A DNA stretch of 64,000 nucleotides from Candidatus Hadarchaeota archaeon (GTDB lineage Archaea; CAYQAE01; CAYVLA01), in the NCBI GenBank assembly GCA_964621445.1, contig CAZUNO010000014.1, positions 11,991 through 75,990 on the forward strand. The letters run 5' to 3'. Both the position numbers and the translations under genes were made by a program. Shown here in pieces: positions 30,275 to 40,776 of this stretch (the stretch's first letter is position 1; every line of letters starts with the position of its first letter). A model generated the notes under the pieces. That model did no database searches and was not told the DNA's origin. It saw only the letters and a program-made list of their open reading frames with translations.

Positions 30275-31948
30275 TCACATGTTCCCGCTTCGTATTATGG
30301 AGATCACTATCCCCATGCCCAGAATGGATGCTATGGAGTAGCCCACCAGACCGAGAAGGGGGTAGCCGTACAGAAGTGGGCCCAGCCCGGTCTGTATGAC
30401 AAAGGAGGAGCCTATGATTATGGCGGAAACGATTAGGGACATGGAAATACGATTGCTGGCCACGTCTATGGTGTCGATTAGCTCGTCCAGATCCTCCAAC
30501 CTGTGGCTGAACCTGAAGTTGTTCTTGCGCAGGGTCTTGAGAGCCCAGTTTATATCCTCGGGAAGGGTGTCCAGTAGACGTATGGTGTTGAAGGTGAACT
30601 CCTTCGCTCTCTGGAAAATCGCGGAGGGTGAATATCTGGAGGCCTTCATCTTTCCTATATAGCTCCTTGTCTGCCTGGTCATGTTGAAGCTAGGATTCAC
30701 CTGCATGGTAACCCCCTCGATGGTCATGAGGGTGTGAAGGAGCATGGCCATACGGGGCGGGATGCGAATGTTATTCTTAACTGAGATGTTCAGGAACTCA
30801 CCTATCATGCTCCTGGTATCCATCTTCCCTGCTCGGTGGTACCGGGATACAAGGGTCTCGATGTTGGATTTCAGTTTGCTATTCACGGCATCAGGGTCAA
30901 GAGCATCCATATCTATTAGCGAGAGAATGATATCATCTACATCCCTTCTATGAAACCCGTCCAGCAAGTCGATGATTTGCTGCTTGGTCTGGGGGTTTAT
31001 CCTTCCAACCCGACCCAGGTCCAGGAAACAAATCACGTTTCCGGGAAGTATGAAGATGTTGCCCGGATGTGGGTCGGCATGGAACAGCTCGTTCTCAAAG
31101 ATCTGTTTAAGCACCGCCTGGGCACCGCGGTAGGCGATGATCTCCTTTTCCCTCTGGGTGGATTTCTCGAGCTGGGAGAGCTTTTTCCCATGGATGAACT
31201 CCATGGTCAGGATCCTGGTGCAGGTAAGGTCTGGATGCACCTTGGGTATCTTGACGTAGTCAACTTCGGAGAAGTTTCTCCTGAAATCCTTCAGGTTTCT
31301 GGCCTCGTTCATGAAGTTGAGCTCGCCCATTATGGCGTCTGAGAATATGCGTACTATCTCCGTTGGTTCATATACGCTGGCCTGGGAGATGTGATCCTTT
31401 ACCAGGTTTACGAGCTTGAATATTATGTGCAGGTCGGTCTGTATCTGGTGACGGATTCTCGGTCGCTGGACTTTAACGGCCACCTCGGTACCGTCCTTCA
31501 GCTTGGCCCTGTGGACCTGGCTCAGGGAGGCAGCCGCTACGGGCTCTTTCTCGAACTCCTGGAAGAGATCCTCGATCCGTGTCCCGAACTCGGTCTGAAA
31601 AAGGAGGCGAACATCTTCAAAGTCAAAGGCCGGTGCCTGGTCCTGGAGCCTCCTGAACTCCTTTACATATTCTCGGGGGATCATATCCGGCCGGGTGCTG
31701 AGCAACTGTCCTAGCTTGATGAAGGTGGGGCCCAGCTCCTCAAAGGCATCGGTAAGGCTATGGGCCAGGGAAGCCCCTTCCTTTCTATCCGGGTGTTTCC
31801 TCTCCAGATTAACCAGGCCCCCCAGGCCGGACCGGTCAAGCATATCGTCCACGCCGTGCTTGGCGAGTATACGGAATACCTCCGACAGTCTATTCATGGT
31901 CCTCTGTTCCTGTTTGATGCGAGAGGGACTCAAAATGACCACAGCCAA
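30275..31948 (-). CDS. ABC1/AarF/UbiB family atypical kinase
   Basis: LGPTFIKLGQ, AAASLSQVH, VAVKVQRP, FHADPHPGN and DLG motifs, with C-terminal TMs. Confidence 0.93.
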   Translation of the reverse strand: MAVVILSPSRIKQEQRTMNRLSEVFRILAKHGVDDMLDRSGLGGLVNLERKHPDRKEGASLAHSLTDAFEELGPTFIKLGQLLSTRPDMIPREYVKEFRRLQDQAPAFDFEDVRLLFQTEFGTRIEDLFQEFEKEPVAAASLSQVHRAKLKDGTEVAVKVQRPRIRHQIQTDLHIIFKLVNLVKDHISQASVYEPTEIVRIFSDAIMGELNFMNEARNLKDFRRNFSEVDYVKIPKVHPDLTCTRILTMEFIHGKKLSQLEKSTQREKEIIAYRGAQAVLKQIFENELFHADPHPGNIFILPGNVICFLDLGRVGRINPQTKQQIIDLLDGFHRRDVDDIILSLIDMDALDPDAVNSKLKSNIETLVSRYHRAGKMDTRSMIGEFLNISVKNNIRIPPRMAMLLHTLMTIEGVTMQVNPSFNMTRQTRSYIGKMKASRYSPSAIFQRAKEFTFNTIRLLDTLPEDINWALKTLRKNNFRFSHRLEDLDELIDTIDVASNRISMSLIVSAIIIGSSFVIQTGLGPLLYGYPLLGLVGYSIASILGMGIVISIIRSGNM

Positions 31949-32075
31949 TCCATACTAGGCTACATCTTTGACTATAACCTATCCCATATTAAATATCGCT
32001 GAATATCCGGTCATTCCCGCTTGAAAAGCGCACCCGGCAATAACCTTCATCAGCAAGGATGTCCCAGAATTAGCC

Positions 32076-33344
32076 ATGGACTGCGAGGTTGGCTTTTCCC
32101 AAAAGGAGATAACCCCTCCAATTGGCACCCTCAAAGTTGGATGGAAGAAGAAAATCGTTTCGGACACTGTGCTCGACCCCCTGTTTGCAAAAGTGGCCGT
32201 TATCCAGGGGGATGGGCAGGTGGCCTTCGTCCAGCTGGACACCCTGAGCGTAAGGTGGACCCAGGTTAATGAAATAAGAAACAGGATCAGCGAGCTGTAT
32301 GGATTCAGCGGGGAAAAGGTCATGGTTGCCGCCACCCATAATCACGCAGGTCCCGCGGTGGTCAACGCCGGTGACGTGACCAGGGACGATGATTACATTG
32401 AATCCATGGTCCAAAACGTGGTCTCTGCCTTCGGAGAGGCCCTGGAGAAGGTGGAGAGGGCAGAAATTGGCACCGGTCATACCTACGAGTTCAATGTAGG
32501 TTTTAACCGGAGGGTGGTTATGAGAGACGGAACGGTAATCACCCACGGTAGCTTCGATGACCCCAAGGCCCTGTGCCTGGAGGGACCCATAGACCCCGAG
32601 GTCCACGTCATGGCCGCCAGGAACGGGGAGGGAAAGCTGCTCGGATGCATCGTGAACTTCGCCTGCCACCCTGCGCATCACGGGGGGAGCAGGGAGCTTT
32701 CGGGTGGTTTTCCCGAGGTATTGGCCGACATAATGGCCGGCAGGGGATGCCCGGTAACCGTTTTTCTAAACGGAGCATCGGGTAATGTGACCACTGTGGA
32801 TCCCACCAGAGGCGGTCACAACCTGTCCAAGGAGGAGGCGGGGAGAAAGTTGGCCGACGACGTGGATGAGGTCATATCGGGAATCTCCTTCACCCCCGAG
32901 GTAGAGTGTTCCTCGGTCACCAAACAGGTGACCCTCCCCTTTAGGGAGCTAACCGAGGATCAGATACAGGGCAAGGCGCCGGGCGCTCAGCGATTTATCG
33001 ACTCCGCGATCTACGAGCGGGAGATGCCCCGTTTGATACGAAAGATAGAATCCATTGGCGGACAGCCGGCCGAAATACAGGTAAATTCGGTTGATGACGC
33101 GGCCTACGCGGGGGTCCCTTCAGAGTACTTCTCCCAGTTGGCCCTGCGGATAAAGGAGCAGTCTCACCCCCTGCACGCCCTGGTTGTTGGCCACGCCAAC
33201 GGGATGGTGGGATATGTTCCCCACCGTGCGGCCTTCGAACGCGGGGGCTATGAAACCACGCTCTGCGGGTCCAGCCGCCTCGCCCCCGAGGCGGGGGACA
33301 TACTTGCAGATGGTGCTATAGAACTCATCCGGGGATTGAATTAG
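32076..33344 (+). CDS. Neutral/alkaline ceramidase N-terminal-like metallohydrolase
   Basis: ATHNHAGP, NRR, NFACHP, GASGN and GYVP..F..GGYE motifs. Confidence 0.8.
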   Translation: MDCEVGFSQKEITPPIGTLKVGWKKKIVSDTVLDPLFAKVAVIQGDGQVAFVQLDTLSVRWTQVNEIRNRISELYGFSGEKVMVAATHNHAGPAVVNAGDVTRDDDYIESMVQNVVSAFGEALEKVERAEIGTGHTYEFNVGFNRRVVMRDGTVITHGSFDDPKALCLEGPIDPEVHVMAARNGEGKLLGCIVNFACHPAHHGGSRELSGGFPEVLADIMAGRGCPVTVFLNGASGNVTTVDPTRGGHNLSKEEAGRKLADDVDEVISGISFTPEVECSSVTKQVTLPFRELTEDQIQGKAPGAQRFIDSAIYEREMPRLIRKIESIGGQPAEIQVNSVDDAAYAGVPSEYFSQLALRIKEQSHPLHALVVGHANGMVGYVPHRAAFERGGYETTLCGSSRLAPEAGDILADGAIELIRGLN

Positions 33345-33345
33345 G

Positions 33346-34305
33346 TCATGGGTTCCCAAGAAGGTCGTGGCTGGCCTTTTGATCCAGGATTTTTGCCACC
33401 GTTTTGAAAAGCATTCGGGAATCAGCAAGACGTACCCTTGCCCGTCCCAGGTCGGAAAGTATCTGGCCTCCCTGGGAGTTAAGCGGGCTCTCGACCTCCG
33501 TGAAGTCGTCCAGGAACTCCCTCCAGTTGGATGGGAGCGATCCTCGGTAGTTGTGGTAGGCGGCCCACTGGGCGACATGAATCATGGAGTTGCTCCGGTG
33601 GTCAACGCCGAGGAGGAGGACCTTTCCCCCTGCCTTCATGAGCCTGTAAAGGGGGTGGTCCTCCAGCCCTTGCCCCGGTCTGTTGTCGTGGTCCTTGAGG
33701 ATTTTTTCAGCTAGCTTGCCCCAACCGGTGAAGGAACCGGAGTACTGGTGGCTTCTGTAGGTCTCCGGCCTCCTCCAGAAGGTCTCCGGAATGCGTCCCG
33801 TGGACACGGGCATTTTCCAGGGCTTAACCTCCTCGGCCTCCGGACCGGGTCCCTTTCTCCTGAGAACCACGCGTCCCGGTTCATGATCGCTCTCCAGGTC
33901 TTCTACCTCCCAGCCGCAGTTATTTTCCAGATGCTTGGTCTCCCCCTGGAGACGCACGGCCATTTCCTGGCAGGAGTCGAAGGGATACTCTATTCCCCAG
34001 TCAAGGGAGATGGACCGTAGTTTTTTCCACAGGGAACGGATGTGCCCTGAGAATACGTATGGATGCTCACCGCTCCTCAGGGCGAGGGTTTCCAGGAAGA
34101 GGATCAGCTCGCCGCTGTAGGTAGCCATGAAAAGGGTGCCCTGCTCGGTAATGACGCCCTCCAGGGCACTGATAACCGAATCTGCCCCTCCTTTAACATA
34201 CCCCAGGCTACTTAGGCTGCTGTGAACGATCACGTGTTTACCGGTCAATTCCAGTTGGCGTAAGCCACTCAGGATCTGGCCTTCGGTTAACTCCACGCTG
34301 GTCAT
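33346..34305 (-). CDS. AAC(3)/YokD family N-acetyltransferase with a large internal insertion
   Basis: IVHSSLSSLGYVKGGA, GTLFM, TGRIPE, RSH and VLLLGV...NSMIH motifs. Confidence 0.8.
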   Translation of the reverse strand: MTSVELTEGQILSGLRQLELTGKHVIVHSSLSSLGYVKGGADSVISALEGVITEQGTLFMATYSGELILFLETLALRSGEHPYVFSGHIRSLWKKLRSISLDWGIEYPFDSCQEMAVRLQGETKHLENNCGWEVEDLESDHEPGRVVLRRKGPGPEAEEVKPWKMPVSTGRIPETFWRRPETYRSHQYSGSFTGWGKLAEKILKDHDNRPGQGLEDHPLYRLMKAGGKVLLLGVDHRSNSMIHVAQWAAYHNYRGSLPSNWREFLDDFTEVESPLNSQGGQILSDLGRARVRLADSRMLFKTVAKILDQKASHDLLGNP

Positions 34306-34362
34306 TTTCCACCACGGCTAGAGGTGGAGTGCCAATCTTTGTACGATTGTTTCATGGGTTAG

Positions 34363-35607
34363 CTAATCATAGTAGAAGGGGGCCCCTTCCCAATGCTGAA
34401 GTGCCTTTCCAAGTTCCTTGTGTTGCTTGGCATATTCCTGGAAATCGGCCTCTTCCTTTAGGGCATCCAGGGCCTGCCTCATGGCCTGGGCACCTGCAAA
34501 GGTCCCGTCAGGGTGGCCGTGAACTCCGCCGCCGGCCTGTATTACCACATCATTACCGAAGATATCCACCAGATCGGGAATCATGCCTGGGTGAAGGCCT
34601 CCGGAGGCAACGGGGAGAGTCTTCTTCATGCCGTACAAGTCCTCGGTGAGTCCGTGTACGTTATCCAGTACCTCCTTCTTTCCCTCCTTCATCTTTCCAA
34701 CCGCGGTACCCACGTGCAGTTGGTCGGCACCTATGAGCCTGGTGTTCTTGGCCACAACTCTCATGTTTATGCCATGTTTAGGGTCGACGGTGAAGGCCGC
34801 ATGTCCCGCTCTGTGGGCGTGCAGAGCCAGTCCCAGATCCTCTTCCCGTAGGGTCTGGAATCCGGAGTGACCGCAGGTTAGGATGTCGATCATCACGTAT
34901 TCCCCTCCCAGGTCCCTGACTGCCTCTGCTCGACGGATCATCTCATTGGTCTCCGCGGTGACGTTGGCGAAGTAGACCTTCTTCTCTCCGGTCTCGTCCT
35001 CGGCCTTGTCACGTGCCTCCAGGGTCTCCTCGATCCTATCCTGGAACCGGTTAAACGACTGGTCCGAGAGGTTCTCGTCGTCCTTCACCACATCGCAACC
35101 GCCGGTCCACGCCTCGTAGGCAACCTGAGCGTGGTGTTCGGTCCTCAAACCAAGCTTTGGCTTGACTATGGTACCCACCAGGGGACGATCGGGGACGCCC
35201 AATAGGTTCCTTACGCCTTCAATACCGAACTTGGGGCCCTTGAAGCTGTCAACCAGTTCCTTCGGATAATGGATATCGTCCAGCCTGAGGCCAGTGATTC
35301 CCTTGAGTCCAAAGACGTTTCCCGCCACGCTGCTCATGATGTTGGCCATGTTTCCGGGCTCGAATAGGCCCGTTGGGTAGGCTATCTTGATCCTGTGTCC
35401 CTTGATATCGAAAACCTTGGCGTGCAGATCCCAGACGTACTCCTTCATGGTTCTCAATTCCGTCCAGGTGCCGACCGAGCTTTCAGCAGCCACGCCACCG
35501 GCGGCTTCCCTGAATCCCATTGTGTCGTCGGTTTCCACCAGGAATTCACAGATAAGATCGTGATCACCTGGCTCGTAGTCCGTGTCAATAAAATCCGTAT
35601 ATTTCAA
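34363..35607 (-). CDS. rbcL: RuBisCO large subunit, form III
   Basis: AESSVGTW, AGN, GTIVKPKLG, DVVKDDE, HAHRAGH, LHVGT, GKM, PVASGG and QAGGG; the catalytic motifs appear intact. Confidence 0.95.
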   Translation of the reverse strand: MKYTDFIDTDYEPGDHDLICEFLVETDDTMGFREAAGGVAAESSVGTWTELRTMKEYVWDLHAKVFDIKGHRIKIAYPTGLFEPGNMANIMSSVAGNVFGLKGITGLRLDDIHYPKELVDSFKGPKFGIEGVRNLLGVPDRPLVGTIVKPKLGLRTEHHAQVAYEAWTGGCDVVKDDENLSDQSFNRFQDRIEETLEARDKAEDETGEKKVYFANVTAETNEMIRRAEAVRDLGGEYVMIDILTCGHSGFQTLREEDLGLALHAHRAGHAAFTVDPKHGINMRVVAKNTRLIGADQLHVGTAVGKMKEGKKEVLDNVHGLTEDLYGMKKTLPVASGGLHPGMIPDLVDIFGNDVVIQAGGGVHGHPDGTFAGAQAMRQALDALKEEADFQEYAKQHKELGKALQHWEGAPFYYD

Positions 35608-35742
35608 ACTATCACTCCGTCTGCTTCCTAGAGGGGGATACTTAAAAGTAATGTCCAGATCCCTAGCGTTTTAACACCTGGCATTTCAGTTGGAGTACCA
35701 ATTTTAAGGACCGGGAGAAATCCTAGATCAGGGCAGGCTAAA

Positions 35743-37470
35743 TTGAGGTCGATAAGAATCGGCATGGCACAGGTTAATCCCACCGTGGGGGATCTTGAGG
35801 GAAATGTGAAGCTTGTAATCAACTACATCAACAGGGCCCGATCGCTCGACGTGGACCTTCTCACCTTTCCTGAAATGGTGGTTACTGGCTATCCGCCCGA
35901 GGACCTGCTTCTGAAGCGGGAGTTCTTAGACCAGAACCTGGAGGCTCTGGGAAGAATTGCCCATGAATGTATCGGGCTGACCACGGTGGTGGGTTTCGTC
36001 GATTCCCAATCCGACCTCTATAACTCGGCGGCGGTTCTGCATAACGGGGAGGTGAAAGGGATATATCACAAGGTCCACCTTCCAAACTACGGGGTCTTCG
36101 ACGAGAACAGGTACTTTCGGCGGGGAAGTGAGGTTCAGATATTCACCGTGGAGGGGGTTAGGGTTGGGGTCAGCATATGCGAGGATATCTGGCAGGAAGT
36201 TGGTCCTCCTACGGTTCAGGCCCTGGCCGGAGCGGAGGTACTGGTCAATATAAGCGGCTCTCCCTATCATTCCGGCAAGGGGGAGGAACGGCTCAGAATA
36301 CTCTCGGCACGGGCCTCCGATAACCTTGCTTACGTGGCCTATAACAACATCGTGGGCGGTCAGGACGAGCTGGTTTTCGACGGCCATGGAATGATCATCG
36401 ACGAGAAGGGATCGGTGGTTGCCAGGGGCAAGCAGTTTGAGGAGGACCTGGTAGTGGCCGATCTGGACGCGGACCGCGCATTCAAGGCCAGGCTGCATAC
36501 GCCCAGGGCCAGAGATGGCTCGGTTGTGCTCCGGGACATGGGCCTAAATGTGAGGAAGATACATATCTCAGGTAAAAGTGATTCGCGTGGGAAGCCGGAG
36601 CTTCCCCAGAGATCCGTAGGCGAGATGGGATTTCCGGCCGAGGTTTACGCGGCGCTGGTTCTGGGAACCAGGGACTACGTGCGAAAAAACGGGTTTGAGG
36701 AGGTGGTAATCGGTCTTTCCGGGGGGATAGATTCCAGTCTAGTAGCCACCATTGCCGTAGACGCCCTTGGAAAGGAGAACGTAATCGGCGTGTACATGCC
36801 ATCCAGGTACTCCTCACCCGAGAGTGAGGAGGACGCCAGCAAGCTGGCGGAAAATCTGGGAGTGAGGTTGATCCACATCTCAATAGACGATATTTTCGAG
36901 GCTTTTCTGGACTCTCTGACTCCCCAGTTCGAGGGTACCGAGGCTGATAGGGCTGAGGAGAACCTCCAGGCCAGGGCCAGGGGAGACCTTCTAATGGCTC
37001 TATCAAACAAATTCGGCTGGATGGTATTGGCCACGGGGAACAAAAGCGAGATGGCGATTGGCTACGCGACCCTGTACGGGGACATGTGCGGGGGTCTGGC
37101 AGTAATCAAGGACGTTCCCAAGACCCTGGTCTACGGGCTTTCGAAATACCGGAACTCAAAGGATCCCTTGATACCGGATAGGGTTATGGAGAAGGCCCCA
37201 TCGGCCGAACTGAGGCCGGAACAGAGGGACACCGATGCCCTCCCGCCTTACGAGGTCCTGGACCCCATATTGGAGTCCTACGTGGAGAAGGATATGAGCG
37301 TGGAGGATATCGTGGAACGGGGCTTTGACGAGCATGTTGTGAGGCGTGTCATCCGGATGGTGGACGGCAGCGAATTCAAGCGAAGGCAGTCAACTCCTGG
37401 GATAAAGATAACCCCCAGGTCCTTTGGCAAGGATCGAAGGTTACCCATCACCAACAAGTTCCGCCCCTGA
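35743..37470 (+). CDS. nadE: Glutamine-dependent NAD+ synthetase
   Basis: Nitrilase domain (FPE, YHK, ICED) plus GLSGGIDS, NKSE, GYATLYGD and PSAEL. Confidence 0.96.
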   Translation: MRSIRIGMAQVNPTVGDLEGNVKLVINYINRARSLDVDLLTFPEMVVTGYPPEDLLLKREFLDQNLEALGRIAHECIGLTTVVGFVDSQSDLYNSAAVLHNGEVKGIYHKVHLPNYGVFDENRYFRRGSEVQIFTVEGVRVGVSICEDIWQEVGPPTVQALAGAEVLVNISGSPYHSGKGEERLRILSARASDNLAYVAYNNIVGGQDELVFDGHGMIIDEKGSVVARGKQFEEDLVVADLDADRAFKARLHTPRARDGSVVLRDMGLNVRKIHISGKSDSRGKPELPQRSVGEMGFPAEVYAALVLGTRDYVRKNGFEEVVIGLSGGIDSSLVATIAVDALGKENVIGVYMPSRYSSPESEEDASKLAENLGVRLIHISIDDIFEAFLDSLTPQFEGTEADRAEENLQARARGDLLMALSNKFGWMVLATGNKSEMAIGYATLYGDMCGGLAVIKDVPKTLVYGLSKYRNSKDPLIPDRVMEKAPSAELRPEQRDTDALPPYEVLDPILESYVEKDMSVEDIVERGFDEHVVRRVIRMVDGSEFKRRQSTPGIKITPRSFGKDRRLPITNKFRP

Positions 37471-37481
37471 TTCGAGACCCT

Positions 37482-38525
37482 CTAAGGGATCAGGATCTCT
37501 CTTCCCGATTCAGCTGATTTGTATATGGCCCCCATGATCTTCTGGAGGATCAGTCCTTCCTCCCCGGTAACCGGGGGTTGCTGGTCATTAGCGATGCAGT
37601 CAACGAATTTTCTTATCTCTATCTCGTGGGTGCTGGATTTCTTCTTAAGGAACACGGGCTGGGTATCCAGTAGTGTACGGTTTCTCTCCGAGAATATCTT
37701 AGGTGGGTCCAGGCTGCATCCGCCATCCGTACCCAGCAGCTGAACGTCGAAAACGTTCTTCTCAACGTTGGCGGCGAAGCTTGTTTCAAGGAACATACTG
37801 GCCCCGCTCTCGAACTTGATGAGGCCCAGCGCGTAGTCCTCCACGGTGAATTTTTCCGGATCCCACTGCCCCATGAGACCTATCACCCCCTTCCTGTTAC
37901 CGAACTTGGTATAAGCGGCACCGCTAACGGATACCGGCCGGGGATACCCCATTAGGTACATGGCGGCATCCATGACGTGTACGCCAACATCTACCAGGGG
38001 GCCTCCTCCCTGTTTGTCCTTCTCGATGAACACTCCCCACCCCGGTATGCCTCTTCTACGCAGGCACTGTGCCTTGGCGAAGTATATCTCGCCCATCTCA
38101 CCTGCATCCACGAACCTCTTCAGGGCCTGTATATCGGGCCTCCACCGGTAATTGAGTCCCACCATGAGATTTCCCGAGCTCTTACTGGCCGCGTCCACCA
38201 TTGCCTGGGCCTCCTCCGCGTTCATGGCCATGGGTTTCTCCACCAGAACGTGCTTGTCTGCATTAAGTGCGTCCACGGTCGGACCCCTATGGGCGAAGTT
38301 CGGGGTGCAGACGCTTACGGCATCGATCTCATCGATCTCCAGCAGGTCCTGATAATCAGTGAAGTATTGGGGAATATCGAATTTCGATGCCGCCTGTTTG
38401 GCTTTCTCCTCCACCACGTCGCAACAGGCGATGATCTTAGCATTTTCCAGTTTTTTATAACTGGGTATGTGCTGGCCTTGAGCGATTCCGCCACACCCGA
38501 TTATTCCTACCTTGACTTTCGTCAC
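37482..38525 (-). CDS. Gfo/Idh/MocA family oxidoreductase
   Basis: VGIIGCGGIA, VLVEKP and GGGPLVDVGVH. Start GTG 38525; the track ORF starts at 38582. Confidence 0.92.
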   Translation of the reverse strand: MTKVKVGIIGCGGIAQGQHIPSYKKLENAKIIACCDVVEEKAKQAASKFDIPQYFTDYQDLLEIDEIDAVSVCTPNFAHRGPTVDALNADKHVLVEKPMAMNAEEAQAMVDAASKSSGNLMVGLNYRWRPDIQALKRFVDAGEMGEIYFAKAQCLRRRGIPGWGVFIEKDKQGGGPLVDVGVHVMDAAMYLMGYPRPVSVSGAAYTKFGNRKGVIGLMGQWDPEKFTVEDYALGLIKFESGASMFLETSFAANVEKNVFDVQLLGTDGGCSLDPPKIFSERNRTLLDTQPVFLKKKSSTHEIEIRKFVDCIANDQQPPVTGEEGLILQKIMGAIYKSAESGREILIP

Positions 38526-38781
38526 CTGGATCTCCTGGGCTCCGGGGTGAGGGCGGGTATTTAAATCAGTTTTCGGTCCCAAAGCTGTTGGTTTTACGGT
38601 TTGCAGTATTGATCCCGTCGGTATTGGGCGGCTATCCTGAATTCCAGGCCTGTGTATTCATGACAATGTATTGATCAGGGGATGTCCGACTCGCACATAT
38701 ATAAACTATTGTCAAGCTAATATCTGCGATTCGTGGTCCAATTATGGGTCAGGTCTCGATTTAAGATCGGAGATTGATCTC

Positions 38782-39540
38782 TTGGCCGAGATATTGAGAG
38801 TTGAAAACCTGAAGGTCGAAGTTGAGGGTGAAGAGATACTCCACGGTGTGGATATTGGTATCGGGAAGGGGGAGACACATCTCCTTTTTGGGCCCAATGG
38901 TTCCGGTAAGACCACCCTGCTCATGGCCATAATGGGCTTCCCTGCCTTTAAGATTACTCAAGGAAAGGTTTACCTCAATGGGGAGGACGTGACTGGCCTC
39001 CCCATAAACGAGAGGGCAGAGAGGGGTATCGGTATGTCCTTCCAGAGGCCGCCAACCATTCGGGGAGTTAGAACCAGGCGTTTGGTGGAGATATGCTCCC
39101 GGGGTAATGAGGATGTTGAGCAGCTGGCGGTCGATCTGAACCTGGAAAAGCATCTGGACCGGGATATAAACGATGGCTTTTCAGGCGGGGAGATAAAACG
39201 CGCTGAGCTGTTTCAGCTCCTGGCCCAGAACCCGGAAATGGTTCTGCTTGATGAACCGGAGTCGGGAGTCGATCTTGAAAACATGGCCCTTATCGGGGAG
39301 GGCATCAACCGCCTCCTTGGAAAGGACATGCCGTACCGGGAGAGAAAGGATAAGAATGGGCATTCGGCCCTGATAATAACCCACACCGGACATATACTGC
39401 AGTACGTCACCGCCGATGTAGGGCATGTTCTCTGCTGTGGAGTTGTGGGCTGTAGCGGGAACCCTCAGGAGCTTCTGGCCGAAATAAGGAGAATGGGATA
39501 CGAGGAGTGTATTAAATGTCAAGTGAAAGCGATGAGCTGA
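38782..39540 (+). CDS. sufC: Fe-S assembly ABC ATPase SufC/SmsC
   Basis: GPNGSGKT, GFSGGE, LLDEPESG and a C-terminal EECIKC. Confidence 0.9.
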   Translation: MAEILRVENLKVEVEGEEILHGVDIGIGKGETHLLFGPNGSGKTTLLMAIMGFPAFKITQGKVYLNGEDVTGLPINERAERGIGMSFQRPPTIRGVRTRRLVEICSRGNEDVEQLAVDLNLEKHLDRDINDGFSGGEIKRAELFQLLAQNPEMVLLDEPESGVDLENMALIGEGINRLLGKDMPYRERKDKNGHSALIITHTGHILQYVTADVGHVLCCGVVGCSGNPQELLAEIRRMGYEECIKCQVKAMS

Positions 39541-40745
39541 GGAAAAGGGCCGAGGAGGCCCGTGACAAACCATCCGGCGTGGGCCCGGACATAGACATAT
39601 CCCAATTTTCCCGAAGGGCCGGGGAGGTCCCGGAGGTAGAGGGAATACAGCAGATGGACGAGGAAGATAGGTCCCGTATGTTGCAGGTGGGCGTTACCTC
39701 CGAGCTCGATAATAGATCTGGAACCGTAGTTCAGATTGACGACTCCATAGTATACTCGGGTAGCACCGAGGAAGGAGTCGAGGCCATGGGCATGAGCCAG
39801 GCGCTGGAGAAATATGAATGGCTCAGGGACTACTGGTGGGACGTGATGCCCGTTGACGCGGACAAGTACACCGCGGCCGTGGAGCTTGATTACGGCGGAG
39901 GCTATTTCATAAGGGCCAAGAAGGGACACAAGGCCAAGATGCCGGTTCAGAGCTGTCTCTACCTGTCCACTGATTCCTCCTCGCAGAGAGTTCACAACAT
40001 AGTGATGGTCGAGGAGGACGCGGAGCTACACGTGATAACCGGATGTGCAAATAGCAGGGATTTCGGCAGGGGACTCCACCTCGGGGTCTCCGAGTTTTAC
40101 GTCAAGAAAGGAGGAAAGCTTAGCTTCACAATGATACATAACTGGGGACCGGAGGTCGCAGTCAGACCCCGGAGCGCAATGGTAATCGAGGAAGGGGCCA
40201 GCCTGGTGTCCAATTACATATGCCTCGAGCCCGCTGGCTCTCTCCAGATGTATCCCACGGCCTACCTGAGAGGCAAGAATTCCACGGCCAGGTTTTATTC
40301 CCTGCTGCTGGCCACCCCTGGATCGGAGCTGGATGTGGGTGGCAGGGCCAGGTTGGAGGCCAAAGGCGCCAGGGCCGAGATAATTTCCAGGGCAGTCTCC
40401 ACGGGCGGAAACATAGTGGCTCGGGGTGACCTGGTGGGCAGTGCCCCCAAGGTGAAGGGTCACCTGGAGTGTGACGGGTTGATTCTCTCCGAGAAGGGGA
40501 GGATCCACGCAGTTCCCGAGCTGGAGGGGGAGCTAGGCGACGTCGATCTCTCCCATGAGGCCGCCGTGGGAAAGGTTTCACAGGAGGAGATCGAATATCT
40601 AATGGCCCGAGGTCTGAGCGAGGACGAGGCGGCGTCGACCATCGTCAGGGGTTTCCTGGACGTCAAGATAGAGGGCCTTCCCAGCGAGCTGTCCTCTTAT
40701 ATCGAGAGCGTGGTTGAACAAAGCGAAGATAGAATCTCGATGTAG
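39516..40745 (+). CDS. sufB: SufB/SufD-family scaffold (SmsB)
   Basis: Beta-helix with ITGC, HLECDGL, SHEAAVG and YLMARGL; overlaps sufC. Confidence 0.9.
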   Translation: MSSESDELRKRAEEARDKPSGVGPDIDISQFSRRAGEVPEVEGIQQMDEEDRSRMLQVGVTSELDNRSGTVVQIDDSIVYSGSTEEGVEAMGMSQALEKYEWLRDYWWDVMPVDADKYTAAVELDYGGGYFIRAKKGHKAKMPVQSCLYLSTDSSSQRVHNIVMVEEDAELHVITGCANSRDFGRGLHLGVSEFYVKKGGKLSFTMIHNWGPEVAVRPRSAMVIEEGASLVSNYICLEPAGSLQMYPTAYLRGKNSTARFYSLLLATPGSELDVGGRARLEAKGARAEIISRAVSTGGNIVARGDLVGSAPKVKGHLECDGLILSEKGRIHAVPELEGELGDVDLSHEAAVGKVSQEEIEYLMARGLSEDEAASTIVRGFLDVKIEGLPSELSSYIESVVEQSEDRISM

Positions 40746-40776
40746 AATTATATATAACAAAAAATTTAAAAAAGAT

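Noticed and set aside
33830-34165. Intein in the AAC(3) gene (also checked polB2)
   Set aside because: No N-terminal Cys/Ser block and no C-terminal HN-[CST] junction.
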